A DNA stretch of 63,032 nucleotides, counting the filler, from Octopus bimaculoides (lineage: Eukaryota), in the NCBI RefSeq assembly GCF_001194135.2. It is 4 parts of 4 records of this genome, joined end to end, with 100 filler letters (N's around TTAATTAATTAA, not from the genome) between each part and the next. Parts side by side here need not be neighbours in the genome. Positions count along the whole stretch, not along the records: positions 24,266 to 47,777 come from NC_068988.1; positions 47,878 to 63,032 come from NC_068998.1; 2 more parts are not named here. One strand, given 5' to 3'. This document shows, piece after piece, positions 36,381 through 48,424 of the stretch. Position 1 is the first letter of the stretch. The number at the start of each line of letters is the position of its first letter. A program made the translations under genes and the position numbers. The notes under the pieces are model-generated. The model was not told where the DNA came from, ran no database searches, and saw only the letters and a program-made list of their open reading frames with translations.

Positions 36381-38157
36381 TTTTTTCGTTGTTCGAAAAA
36401 AAGTTCGTTTTCTATGTTTTTGTTTTTGTTTTCGTTTATATGTTTTCGTTTCTCATTGTGTTAAGAAATAATTGAGATTCAGTCGAACTAGGTGAAGCAC
36501 CAAGTCAGATGATGGCATTGCATTTAAATCGCTGTAATGATTGCATTGTTTATTTAAATGGGGCTGCTTGAAACGGTTTTACTGCGTTACTACTTGATAT
36601 CCTGTTGCTTATTTTGATTATAATTTTTTTAATTTCTTTTTCATTTTATCTAGTTTCAGCTCATAAATAATTTCACAGCGAAATATCGGTGGGTCTTTTA
36701 TCGCAAATAGCTGTTGCGTGGTAGTAGGGCGTACTAGAAATAGCAACCAAATCTTTCCTTTTTCTGTAGAAAGGAGTCTTTTACGCGTGATTTCGTTGTC
36801 ACATTTGTTGAAAGTATGCGAAATAACCTGGAAAAGAAAAACAAAAACCCGCGAAAAAAAATTCCGTTGGTGGGAAACTCCGCAGTCCCCATCGTCCCTC
36901 CCCCTTTCTTTTCCGGAAAAAAGTGGCTTGCAGCGGGTTTGGAGGTCAGATACGTTAAATGCACTCGAAAAAATGCATGAAAAGAAAAATCATTTCACAC
37001 AGAGGTACGAACGAGTCCTTTACGAAATATTTACCTAACCTAATATCTCGTACTTAACCAACGCACAAACACACACTCACAGATACGTATACACTCATAT
37101 ACAAAATGTGACATCGACGTCGTCATCGTGGTATAAAATGTCTGTTACTATAGTTGACTATAGAAAGATTATTATTATGTTTCAATCCAAATTAAATAAA
37201 AATTACATATTGACACTCGCAGGGACCTTGAAAACTTTGATTTGACTTGGTGGAGCCGCTTAAGAGTGCATAGGCGACAGGCAGACAAAGAATTTTATAC
37301 ACACACACACACAGGCATGCAAACACATATGCATATAGTCACATAATACATAATACATATACACATGTATACATATGCACACGCACATTATATTTATGCA
37401 TACGTATATGCACACCATACATACACACATGCATACGTATACGCACACACACACGAGTCAAAAAGAAGGCCTTGAATATGTGTTTTTGCTGCAACAGGCG
37501 TCATCGGCACAACAGGCGTCATCATCACAAAGTCGTCCTAACTTAACTTCTTGGCTGATGAGGTTGTAATATGCCCAAAATATATTTGGAATTATCTCCC
37601 GTACTTGCAGAAATGATTAAAACAATATTATTCACTAATATTCTTTCCCCACCTTGCTACATAACTTCTTCGCGTTAGCATTTTTTACGTTAACACTAAT
37701 TTCAATATTTAACTGGGAGATAAGATTTATTTGAATAAAGGACAACATGATTACGACTTGAAACTATTTGCTCATAGGTTTATTTGATCAAGGCAAAGAA
37801 ACACAACAGTAACGAGTACACTAGTAACAACAACAACAACAACAATAAAGTCATACATCTCAATGGAAGTGTACCTGATCGTTACAGCTATTTCAACTCT
37901 CGTAAAATACATAACGAGTGATATAATCGACACATGACTGGTAAACTCGTCAAAGTGTGTTAGTGGTTCACCTATATAACATTGAAAACTTAAATACGCT
38001 GGCTGTATTAATGCCAAAATACGACCGAAACTGACCCACTACGAAAGCAAACAAGCTTTGAAATAGCCATAAGGTTAAAGCGACATGATTAGTGGTTAGA
38101 CTAACTTAATTACTAAATTACAAACTAGTAATTAGCTAAACAACAATAGCAACAGTA

Positions 38158-38540
38158 ATAGGCACAAAGCCTGATATCTTGGAGCAAGGGGGCTAATTGA
38201 CTTCATCGATCCCGAAAGGGCGAAAGCAAAGTCAACGTCAGCGGTATTTTAACTCAGAACGTGAATGCGATGCCACGAGGAATTTTGGCCGACGTTCTAA
38301 CGATTCCGACAGGTCGCTGCCTTATCAATGATAATAATATTTTCTACTATAGGCACAAGGCCTGAAATTTTGGGGGATGAGGCTAGTCGACTAAATTGAC
38401 CCCGCCCCAGTACTCAACTGGTACTCATTTTAACGACCCCAAAAAGATGAACGGCAGAATCAACCTTGGAATAATCTGTAATGAAAACCTACAGCCAGAA
38501 GAAATGCCACGAAGTATTTATCCGGTGTAGTAATGGGGTT
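38158..38540 (-). mobile_element. Two tandem SINE family B copies
   Basis: aggcacaa(a/g)gcctga...aactcagaacg... is the reverse complement of family B. Confidence 0.68.
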
Positions 38541-39783
38541 CTGCTAGCTCGGTGCCTCAACAATAGAAAACAGTAATAAAAATAACACAGGTCTAAAAAC
38601 TTTGAAGAGAATACAGTCGATTACATCGAAATAATAATGACAATGGCTTCTTATATATGTACAAAGCCTCATATTGGAAAAAACAAATTCAATTATATCG
38701 ATCTCAGTACTTGACTGGTACTTTATTTTTTCAGCCTCAGTAATATGTAAGGTAAAACTGACCTCGATAGAATTTGAAATCAGAACATAAAGAACCAGAG
38801 CAAATATCGATTGCAAAACATTTTTGTCCAATTCTCCAACCGACTTAGCCAATCCAGAAAAAAAAGGACCACCAGACAATAGATTATGCTTGTGTTTCGG
38901 AGGATAAGACACTTGTTTACCAAGTCCGCCATTATGTTTTGAGCTAGTTGTTACAACCTTACCTCTGTAGTAACTCACACTAAAACGTGAGTAAGCAGTT
39001 TTTACAAAAGCTAGAAGTCTGAGTAAGAGAGTGAATGTGAGTGCATATATGTGTGTTTGGTAAAGAAAGAGAGCGAATGTGTTCTAATATGTACGTGTAT
39101 GTGATTTTTCCATTGATGAAAAGAAGAGTAGTGATGTAGACAAAGCACGCCATGACAGCCACTTCTAACATCAATATATCAATATGTGTGTACTGGGCCG
39201 AAGTGGATTAGTTTTGGCCTAAGGGAACTATGTATACGCGTGGTGAGTGGGTACAAGTATGTATGTATGTATGTATGTATGTATGTATGTATGTATGTAT
39301 GTATGTATGTATGTATCTATCTATCTATCTATCTATATGCGGCATGTATAATGTGTGTGTGTGTGTGTGTGTGTAACGAAAATAAGACAAGGTAGAAAAT
39401 GCTAAAATAATTTTCTCATTATCGTTGCTATTATGCAAAAGTGTCCTAAGTCCAAAACTTTGCTTTTTCAGAAAACGAAAAAATAGTTTCACCATTCCAT
39501 AGCAAAACCGTTGTGCTGGACTGACAATTTTTGATATCTTGGAGCAGCCGGAGATACAATAGTTTGACCAAAAGAACTGGTTATTGCAAGCAAAAATAAA
39601 TATTGAACAAGATGCATTTAGCTAAATTTGGACATACGACAGTTTAACATAATGGCAACAATATATATATATGCACGGAAACATATACATATATAGCTAT
39701 AAACATACATATATGCACATAAAAACCTGTACAGATATAAGCCCCAACACACATACATATAACTTAATGTCCAAATCCCAAGT

Positions 39784-39847
<64 letters not shown>

Positions 39848-39988
39848 CGTATGTGTTTATATCCATGTATCTATGCATATATATGTATATTATGCATGGC
39901 GCATGTGCATATATGTATGTGTGTGTGTGTGTGTGTGTGTACTTGACGATACTGATTTAGACAGAAAAACCAAAGTGTACATGTGTAA

Positions 39989-40041
<53 letters not shown>

Positions 40042-40499
40042 CGCACACACACGCACACACTGACGGCCACATACATCAAGAAGTTGACATCCATTCACAT
40101 ACAATATTCAGTAGTAGTTGCTAAGATACTGCTGTGTCCTGTTGTCAATGGTTACAGTATATACATTAACCACACAGACGTATTACAGTATATATGATGT
40201 AGATAATAACGTTGTCATCGACTGCATTTCTTACCAGCAACACATCAGACATCCCTACATCTATCATTATCGTTACCATCACCACCGTCGTCTTCACAAA
40301 CAAAGTGGCTCTTCAATCGAGGGCCCCATGAAACAACTTACATAAAATGTCTTAATGCAATTAAAAACGTGAAAAATCTAGTAACGAAGAAAGCAGCCGG
40401 GAGTCACTCTTGGAACAAAGACGGACGGAGGACATGGGTGCCTAGAGAGGAGAAACGAGAGGTTCGTGTGGGTTTATGACGTCTTAACATTATTTGACG

Positions 40500-41150
40500 T
40501 GAAATATTTCAACATTTTGAGCCAACTAGCAACGGCCCAAAGCTGAGAGCTGAAAGTCGACCAAGCTGAAGTTACCAGAGCTTGTTGCCTTAATATCGCT
40601 GATGCTAAACACGGTGCAGATTTCAAAAACACCCAGTCAGGTGTTTTTAGGCATTTCTGGTAAAACTCTCCATTCTCTGGGAGGGCCATATTTCGGAGAC
40701 AAGAGTAAGAGAAAGAAACATGCTGAGCTGGTAGAGTTATGTTGAAACAACAGGTGGTAAGCAATGTGTGATCCCATTGAGGAGAGATACAGAAGGATTA
40801 AAGATCGGTCGCTCTGTGGAGTTTACAATATGCAGGGCATCACAGGAGGCCTGTAGGTGGAAGGCAATTAAGCTGATTATGGAAGCAGCAGAAGTTACCC
40901 CAAGGGGGTTGTGGATCAGAAGTGAGCCTTGGAAGAGGTAGTATTACCTGGATTAATGCTAACTGGGCAAAGTTGAACGCTTGATCAACCCTGGCTGGGT
41001 TGATCAAGCGCTCAAATTTGCCCAGTTTGCCTGGGTTTCCTGAGTGAGAGTGTCTGATTGCTCAAAGGTCCGAAAGTGTGAAACATCCAATGGCTCCCAG
41101 GAAGCATCACTGATGATGATTGTGTCCAAGCGGATCACAAGACGATGGAT
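40500..41150 (+). mobile_element. HERO-like non-LTR retrotransposon 3' end (REL domain + 3'UTR)
   Basis: LSILWEGHISE...KHAELVELC.NNRW.A.CDPIE...RSL..VY..GITG...KAIKLIMEAAE...LWIR..PW matches the HERO/NeSL C-terminus. The 3'UTR ends ccaatggctcccagg..catcactgatgat. Confidence 0.72.
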
Positions 41151-41539
41151 CACATTGCATTATCATTTCACTATACATTTATTGTTCGAAAGGTAACTAT
41201 GAATATTTCGACTGTATTTTCCAACTGGTGGTGATAGCTGAAGGGAGTTGTAAAGAAAAACAGAGAAGACGCTAGCCTTCATTGCAGGGCTGTAAAAATA
41301 GGATGGGCCCACATTTTAGGGCTGAATACTGTAGCAGCAGTTCTAATCGGAAGCATCATCTTCGCAACCATCGTCATCATCATCAAGTTTTACATGACAA
41401 AGGTACCTAAACGATATGAACTACTTTAAAATATGGCAAGCTTTTGTCCTGTTAGTGACTAAAGCTACTGCAATGTTGGAAGCACTTCTGAGTCTTATTC
41501 AGGTATCTGAGTCACAAGCGTTTCACCACTTAGCCTATA

Positions 41540-41758
41540 CGAAGGGGTGCTGAAAAGTTCCTGGCTTTAACGATATCGCGAAAGGCCTGGTTGGATGTCC
41601 AACCTTCCGAGTTCTTTTAAAGGGCTCAGAAAAACTGAAGGACCACTGCAATAAATGTGGATGAATCTGAGAGGAGAACGTGTGGAATAAAATCATAATT
41701 AACTGATCGTCATGTATTTCCTTTTACCCAAAGCCAAGAACCTTTTATCATCCCTTCG
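41540..41758. mobile_element. Mariner-type MITE (219 bp) with TA target duplication
   Basis: TIRs cgaaggggtgctgaaaagttcctggctt / aagccaagaaccttttatcatcccttcg, flanked by TA at 41538-39 and 41759-60. Confidence 0.88.
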
Positions 41759-41839
41759 TACAATTCGCCTGGGAAGTGTATATAGGTAACGACAACTGAA
41801 TTGGTTTCCGTCTTCAGAAAGGTTCTTTCTGAGATTTCT

Positions 41840-42000
41840 TGCCAAACACAAACGAGAACATTTTTCTCAAAATCACGGAGATGAAAAATATGGACAACTG
41901 AAAAAACCTGCAGCTGATTAGGAATTCACATTTATATTAATAACTATTGGTGCACTTGGATATGTTAGTAAATATTTAAGAGACAATAGGGGAAAAGACA
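41840..42000 (+). mobile_element. Possible R4-like REL endonuclease fragment
   Basis: EKYGQL...FILITIGALGYVSKYL resembles K..KY..L...P.VIGALG.V. Confidence 0.4.
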
Positions 42001-42608
42001 CGATTAGCAAGCAAAGAATGGTAGCGACTAATTTGTACTTTACAGATACAATTGTGTAAGTAGTAACAATAATAAAAATATTTAAGACTTTATAAAGTCC
42101 GACATATAATAATTATCACTGTTGTCATCTGAATTCCAGCAATGTAGCTTTGTTTCTTTGTCAGAAACCAGCTTCTCACTTGTAGGAAGAATTCTAAACA
42201 TTACACAGACGATACATATACAGATATTACACATACACAGGTACGTATATATATATAAATATATACGTATGTATACACGTACAAGTACAGAAATATATAA
42301 CACGACATATGCATATATATNNNNNNNNNNNNNNNNNNNNNNNNNNNNNNNNNNNNNNNNNNNNNNNNNNNNNNNNNNNNNNNNNNNNNNNNNNNNNNNN
42401 NNNNNNNNNNNNNNNNNNNNNNNNNNNNNNNNNNNNNNNNNNNNNNNNNNNNNNNNNNNNNNNNNNNNNNNNNNNNNNNNNNNNNNNNNNNNNNNNNNNN
42501 NNNNNNNNNNNNNNNNNNNNNNNNNNNNNNNNNNNNNNNNNNNNNNNNNNNNNNNNNNNNNNNNNNNNNNNNNNNNNNNNNNNNNNNNNNNNNNNNNNNN
42601 NNNACACG

Positions 42609-42668
<60 letters not shown>

Positions 42669-42959
42669 AAGCTACATGCAACATGGAGAAATGAAAGGAT
42701 CAGAGACATGAGATGTAACAGATTTTAATGTTAGCAGAAGGCAAAACATCGTAGTGAGGGAAACTGTGTGCAGAATGATAAGGCACAATTGCCATAACTA
42801 ATGCTAGAAAGAAAGAGGGATAATTGGATATAGTGAGTGAGTGAGAGAGAGAGAAAGAGAAGGAGTGAGAGAGAGAGAGAGAGAGAAGGAGTGAGAGAGA
42901 GAAGGAGTGAGAGAGAGAAGGGAAAGCGTGAAATAGGGGTAGGTGGGAGTAGAGAGACA

Positions 42960-43125
42960 GAGAAAGGGTACCGCAAGTGAATCTAACAGAGGAACCACCA
43001 ACAAAAGTTGACAGGTGTACGGTCGAGTGCATCCGAATGGTTATGAAAGCATAGAAAAGCCACTGGACCAGGAATAATCGCTGAAATGCTGAAAATATCC
43101 AGCGAAGTAGGGCACGTGTGATAGT
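42960..43125 (+). mobile_element. RTE RT N-terminal fragment
   Basis: KATGPGIIAEMLKISSEVG (KAPGP.GI.AEMLK motif). Confidence 0.65.
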
Positions 43126-43164
43126 CACTTGGATTGTATATAATGAAGGTAAAGTATCAGAACC

Positions 43165-43240
<76 letters not shown>

Positions 43241-43889
43241 NNNNNNNNNNNNNNNNNNNNNNNNNNNNNNNNNNNNNNNNNNNNNNNNNNNNNNNNNNNN
43301 NNNNNNNNNNNNNNNNNNNNNNNNNNNNNNNNNNNNNNNNNNNNNNNNNNNNNNNNNNNNNNNNNNNNNNNNNNNNNNNNNNNNNNNNNNNNNNNNNNNN
43401 NNNNNNNNNNNNNNNNNNNNNNNNNNNNNNNNNNNNNNNNNNNNNNNNNNNNNNNNNNNNNNNNNNNNNNNNNNNNNNNNNNNNNNNNNNNNNNNNNNNN
43501 NNNNNNNNNNNNNNNNNNNNNNNNNNNNNNNNNNNNNNNNNNNNNNNNNNNNNNNNNNNNNNNNNNNNNNNNNNNNNNNNNNNNNNNNNNNNNNNNNNNN
43601 NNNNNNNNNNNNNNNNNNNNNNNNNNNNNNNNNNNNNNNNNNNNNNNNNNNNNNNNNNNNNNNNNNNNNNNNNNNNNNNNNNNNNNNNNNNNNNNNNNNN
43701 NNNNNNNNNNNNNNNNNNNNNNNNNNNNNNNNNNNNNNNNNNNNNNNNNNNNNNNNNNNNNNNNNNNNNNNNNNNNNNNNNNNNNNNNNNNNNNNNNNNN
43801 NNNNNNNNNNNNNNNNNNNNNNNNNNNNNNATATATATATATATATATATATATATAATACAAAGAATATATATACATGTATACACACA

Positions 43890-44051
43890 TATATGTACAT
43901 ACTTACATCTACATGTGTATATATATGCATATCAAGGTACAGGACGTTAGAACAATGAACTACAGACAACAGAACGAACACATAGGAAAACGGAAAGCCA
44001 CTTGGAATATTCCTTCATCAGCTGCCTCTATTCTAACCTGACGTTTCGAAG
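43890..44051 (-). repeat. CTTCGAAACG...CTGATGAAGG family, copy 3
   Basis: Shares gtcctgtacc..gatatgcat.tatatacaca.gtagatgtaagtatgt with copy 1. Confidence 0.7.
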
Positions 44052-44199
44052 ATAAATATATGATATATATATGTGTGTGCGTGCGTGTGTGTGTGTGCGT
44101 GTGTGTGTATGTGTGTGTGTAATAATAAAGGAAATAATGCAGGGAAGTGTTGTATACAGTGCTCAGGTGCACAACAACTAAAGAAGAAAAGAAAAAAAC

Positions 44200-44380
44200 G
44201 GCCATCAGGTGTACTGTTGGCGGATTTCAGGAAGCATGGAAGTTTTGAAAGACGTAGTGTCTCGACAGCTAACGACTGATGCGGGTAGTTTATTCCATGC
44301 CTCAGCAATTCTGAGCGTGAAAAATGTTTCCGAAAGTCATGGGTGCTGTGTTGTTTTTTAGATTTTATAAGCATGTACGC
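44200..44380 (-). mobile_element. CR1 LINE 3' end
   Basis: HDFRKHF(F)TLRIAEAWNKLPASVVSC...SFKTSMLPEIRQQYT*. Confidence 0.78.
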
Positions 44381-45693
44381 AAGTGTTTGTCATATAGAAA
44401 TATATATGAGCATACCTACGCAACTGTGCCCACCTCATGCCTGAGTTTGTTTCCTTATAACTTTCATAGTGTAAATTCCGATTAAGTCGAGATTTGCTGA
44501 AGAAATGTTCTTCCGAGGGGGTGAGGTGGAGGAGAGGCGTTTCAGATGGTTTGCAGGAATTGAATTTGTTTCCTCATAACGTCCAGGAGGGGGGAAAATG
44601 GTTTTCTTTAGTAAAATTTTCTACTTAAACTTTTCAGACGGTGCAGATTAGGAATGCAATGAAATTTGAAAATAAAGAAATGGTGATCGCATACACTTAC
44701 ATACTAACACACATCACATAACCCTGTCTTAATTATGTCCCCTTTAACAGAGGTCAATTTTTGCAATTCCTCACCTTTGGATTTAAAAGAAAATATGGGG
44801 AACGTCAGAAAATGCATCAGGATGGAAGTAATCGATTAAAACGCCCAAGAACAAGTCTTAGACATGGCCGTAGCCAGTAAAGCAACTTAGAAGGAATAAG
44901 TAAAAGGTACTTCAGTGCTTACACAGTAGAAATCTAAAACAGATAACCCTTCAGTGTTATATATANNNNNNNNNNNNNNNNNNNNNNNNNNNNNNNNNNN
45001 NNNNNNNNNNNNNNNNNNNNNNNNNNNNNNNNNNNNNNNNNNNNNNNNNNNNNNNNNNNNNNNNNNNNNNNNNNNNNNNNNNNNNNNNNNNNNNNNNNNN
45101 NNNNNNNNNNNNNNNNNNNNNNNNNNNNNNNNNNNNNNNNNNNNNNNNNNNNNNNNNNNNNNNNNNNNNNNNNNNNNNNNNNNNNNNNNNNNNNNNNNNN
45201 NNNNNNNNNNNNNNNNNNNNNNNNNNNNNNNNNNNNNNNNNNNNNNNNNNNNNNNNNNNNNNNNNNNNNNNNNNNNNNNNNNNNNNNNNNNNNNNNNNNN
45301 NNNNNNNNNNNNNNNNNNNNNNNNNNNNNNNNNNNNNNNNNNNNNNNNNNNNNNNNNNNNNNNNNNNNNNNNNNNNNNNNNNNNNNNNNNNNNNNNNNNN
45401 NNNNNNNNNNNNNNNNNNNNNNNNNNNNNNNNNNNNNNNNNNNNNNNNNNNNNNNNNNNNNNNNNNNNNNNNNNNNNNNNNNNNNNNNNNNNNNNNNNNN
45501 NNNNNNNNNNNNNNNNNNNATATATATATATATACACACACACACTGGAAGACCAAACGAACTCCATCTTAAAAGTTCATTAATTACTGAGAGATTAAAG
45601 AAAAGAAATAGTGCCAATCAATAAACACACACACATATCTTATTTGAAATTTCACGTTTGAATGTACTTAACACCACATAGCAGCAGCTATTA

Positions 45694-45724
<31 letters not shown>

Positions 45725-47214
45725 AATATTCGTATAGAAATCCAATGTGCTTACGCGCTTTCGTTCCGAGGAACTAGCTCTCCTGAGCTCCATGTGACGA
45801 GCTGGGTGATTAGTTCGAGTTTTCTTCGTCTTTTTACCTTTATCCATGTTGACCTGACGTAGTAGTTGCAATACAAACTCAAAAGTTAAGCAAAACTTAT
45901 ATGAAAAGTAGTTGGTTAGTCATAAATCCTGCAGGTAACACCTTAGATTCACGCACAATTAACATGTCGATTGTATATACCGGCCATATATATATACACA
46001 CACACAATATATATATATATGAATATGTGTGTATATAGATATCTATCAATATAGTGGGATATATTATATATTGACTTCGTGATGTTAGGGCCTGTTGTGG
46101 TGGTGATTAGATAGGGCGTTGTTATGGCTGTAACAATGTTATTGATAGGTGTTGGTGTGAGTGTGGGAGTGGTTAGAAACACTAGCAGTATTGTTGTAGT
46201 GCAAGGTGGTGTTGCTGTTGGTGATAGTATAAATGATAACAGTGCCGTAAGCGGTGGTAGGCGCTCAGTAGAAATGCTCTAGCATGCACTGCAAGGGCTG
46301 ATGTAGTTGGAATACTTGCACAGTACTAGCAATTAAGTACAGTTATGGAGTGTCGTTGTAGTGTGGTGTTTGGTACTAAAGCAAATAGGAAGTGGTAGTG
46401 GTGGGGTTAACAAGTGTTGCAGNNNNNNNNNNNNNNNNNNNNNNNNNNNNNNNNNNNNNNNNNNNNNNNNNNNNNNNNNNNNNNNNNNNNNNNNNNNNNN
46501 NNNNNNNNNNNNNNNNNNNNNNNNNNNNNNNNNNNNNNNNNNNNNNNNNNNNNNNNNNNNNNNNNNNNNNNNNNNNNNNNNNNNNNNNNNNNNNNNNNNN
46601 NNNNNNNNNNNNNNNNNNNNNNNNNNNNNNNNNNNNNNNNNNNNNNNNNNNNNNNNNNNNNNNNNNNNNNNNNNNNNNNNNNNNNNNNNNNNNNNNNNNN
46701 NNNNNNNNNNNNNNNNNNNNNNNNNNNNNNNNNNNNNNNNNNNNNNNNNNNNNNNNNNNNNNNNNNNNNNNNNNNNNNNNNNNNNNNNNNNNNNNNNNNN
46801 NNNNNNNNNNNNNNNNNNNNNNNNNNNNNNNNNNNNNNNNNNNNNNNNNNNNNNNNNNNNNNNNNNNNNNNNNNNNNNNNNNNNNNNNNNNNNNNNNNNN
46901 NNNNNNNNNNNNNNNNNNNNNNNNNNNNNNNNNNNNNNNNNNNNNNNNNNNNNNNNNNNNNNNNNNNNNNNNNNNNNNNNNNNNNNNNNNNNNNNNNNNN
47001 NNNNNNNNNNNNNNNNNNNNNNNNNNNNNNNNNNNNNNNNNNNNNNNNNNNNNNNNNNNNNNNNNNNNNNNNNNNNNNNNNNNNNNNNNNNNNNNNNNNN
47101 NNNNNNNNNNNNNNNNNNNNNNNNNNNNNNNNNNNNNNNNNNNNNNNNNNNNNNNNNNNNNNNNNNNNNNNNNNNGTAGTCTCTCCCACCAAAATTTCAG
47201 GCCGTGTGCCTTTA

Positions 47215-47258
<44 letters not shown>

Positions 47259-47348
47259 CATTCAGAATTTAACCTCACCACCATACACACACATACATAA
47301 TATTTATATATAAACAAATACAGACGCTCATATACACATAATATTAAC

Positions 47349-47392
<44 letters not shown>

Positions 47393-47877
47393 GATAGATA
47401 TGCGTAACGCACTTATAGACAAATAAGCTTAAAAACACCGAAAGTAAAAGGTGATAGTGGTAGTGGTTGTTATCAGTGACTAAACACCGCTGTTGCTGCT
47501 GCTGCTGCTGCTACTACTACTACTACTACTACTAGCAATCATCAGCATCTTCATGCTAATACCACAACCTATATACGGTGTGTTTAATACGATTGGTGCA
47601 AGGAAACGAGAGCGCGGTTTTTTTTTTATCTTCCATACCCGCGTTTTTCCCTCCCTGTATGTTTTTTTTTAAATAATAAATATGATTGTGTGTGTATTCG
47701 AAATAACAGTCAAATATTCCTTAAAAGAGGTACACTTGGTCGCTATTTCGAGTTCACTAAGAAAGAAAGGGGAGATGNNNNNNNNNNNNNNNNNNNNNNN
47801 NNNNNNNNNNNNNNNNNNNNNTTAATTAATTAANNNNNNNNNNNNNNNNNNNNNNNNNNNNNNNNNNNNNNNNNNNN

Positions 47878-47925
<48 letters not shown>

Positions 47926-48375
47926 CCCTCTCTTCCTCTCCCTTTCTCTCTCACTTCTCTCTCTCTCTTTCTCTCTCTCTCTCCCTCTCTTTCTCTCGCT
48001 CTGTCTTGTCGTCTTTGATACTGTCGTCTATTTCGATGACATAATTTGCCATGTGAGAGATGTTGGGCTCTTAACAATAGCCAAACCGCTTTTACATTCT
48101 AGAAAATAGCAATGCTAGGATCTGCCTTTGGGTATGACATGAAACTGCTTCCGGTGATAAGGCTCAAGCTCGGGAGTTCAGGAGTTATGGGGAGCGTGGA
48201 GTCACCCCTTAATTACCATTACTCCCAGGTCCGTTCTGATCGGGAACGGTAGCACCTGTCCCAGGTATGGATTAAATAAATTCTTTGAAGGGTAGGTTGA
48301 GGACCTTAGGTGCAGTGAAAACAATCAATGTAGGGGAGTAAAACCCAAAATTAATACCCTTAATAATAATAGTAG

Positions 48376-48424
<49 letters not shown>

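Noticed and set aside
37550-37592. CTGATGAGG...CCCAAAA hammerhead-like string
   Set aside because: GAAA core absent, no convincing stem I, and no adjacent PLE sequence.
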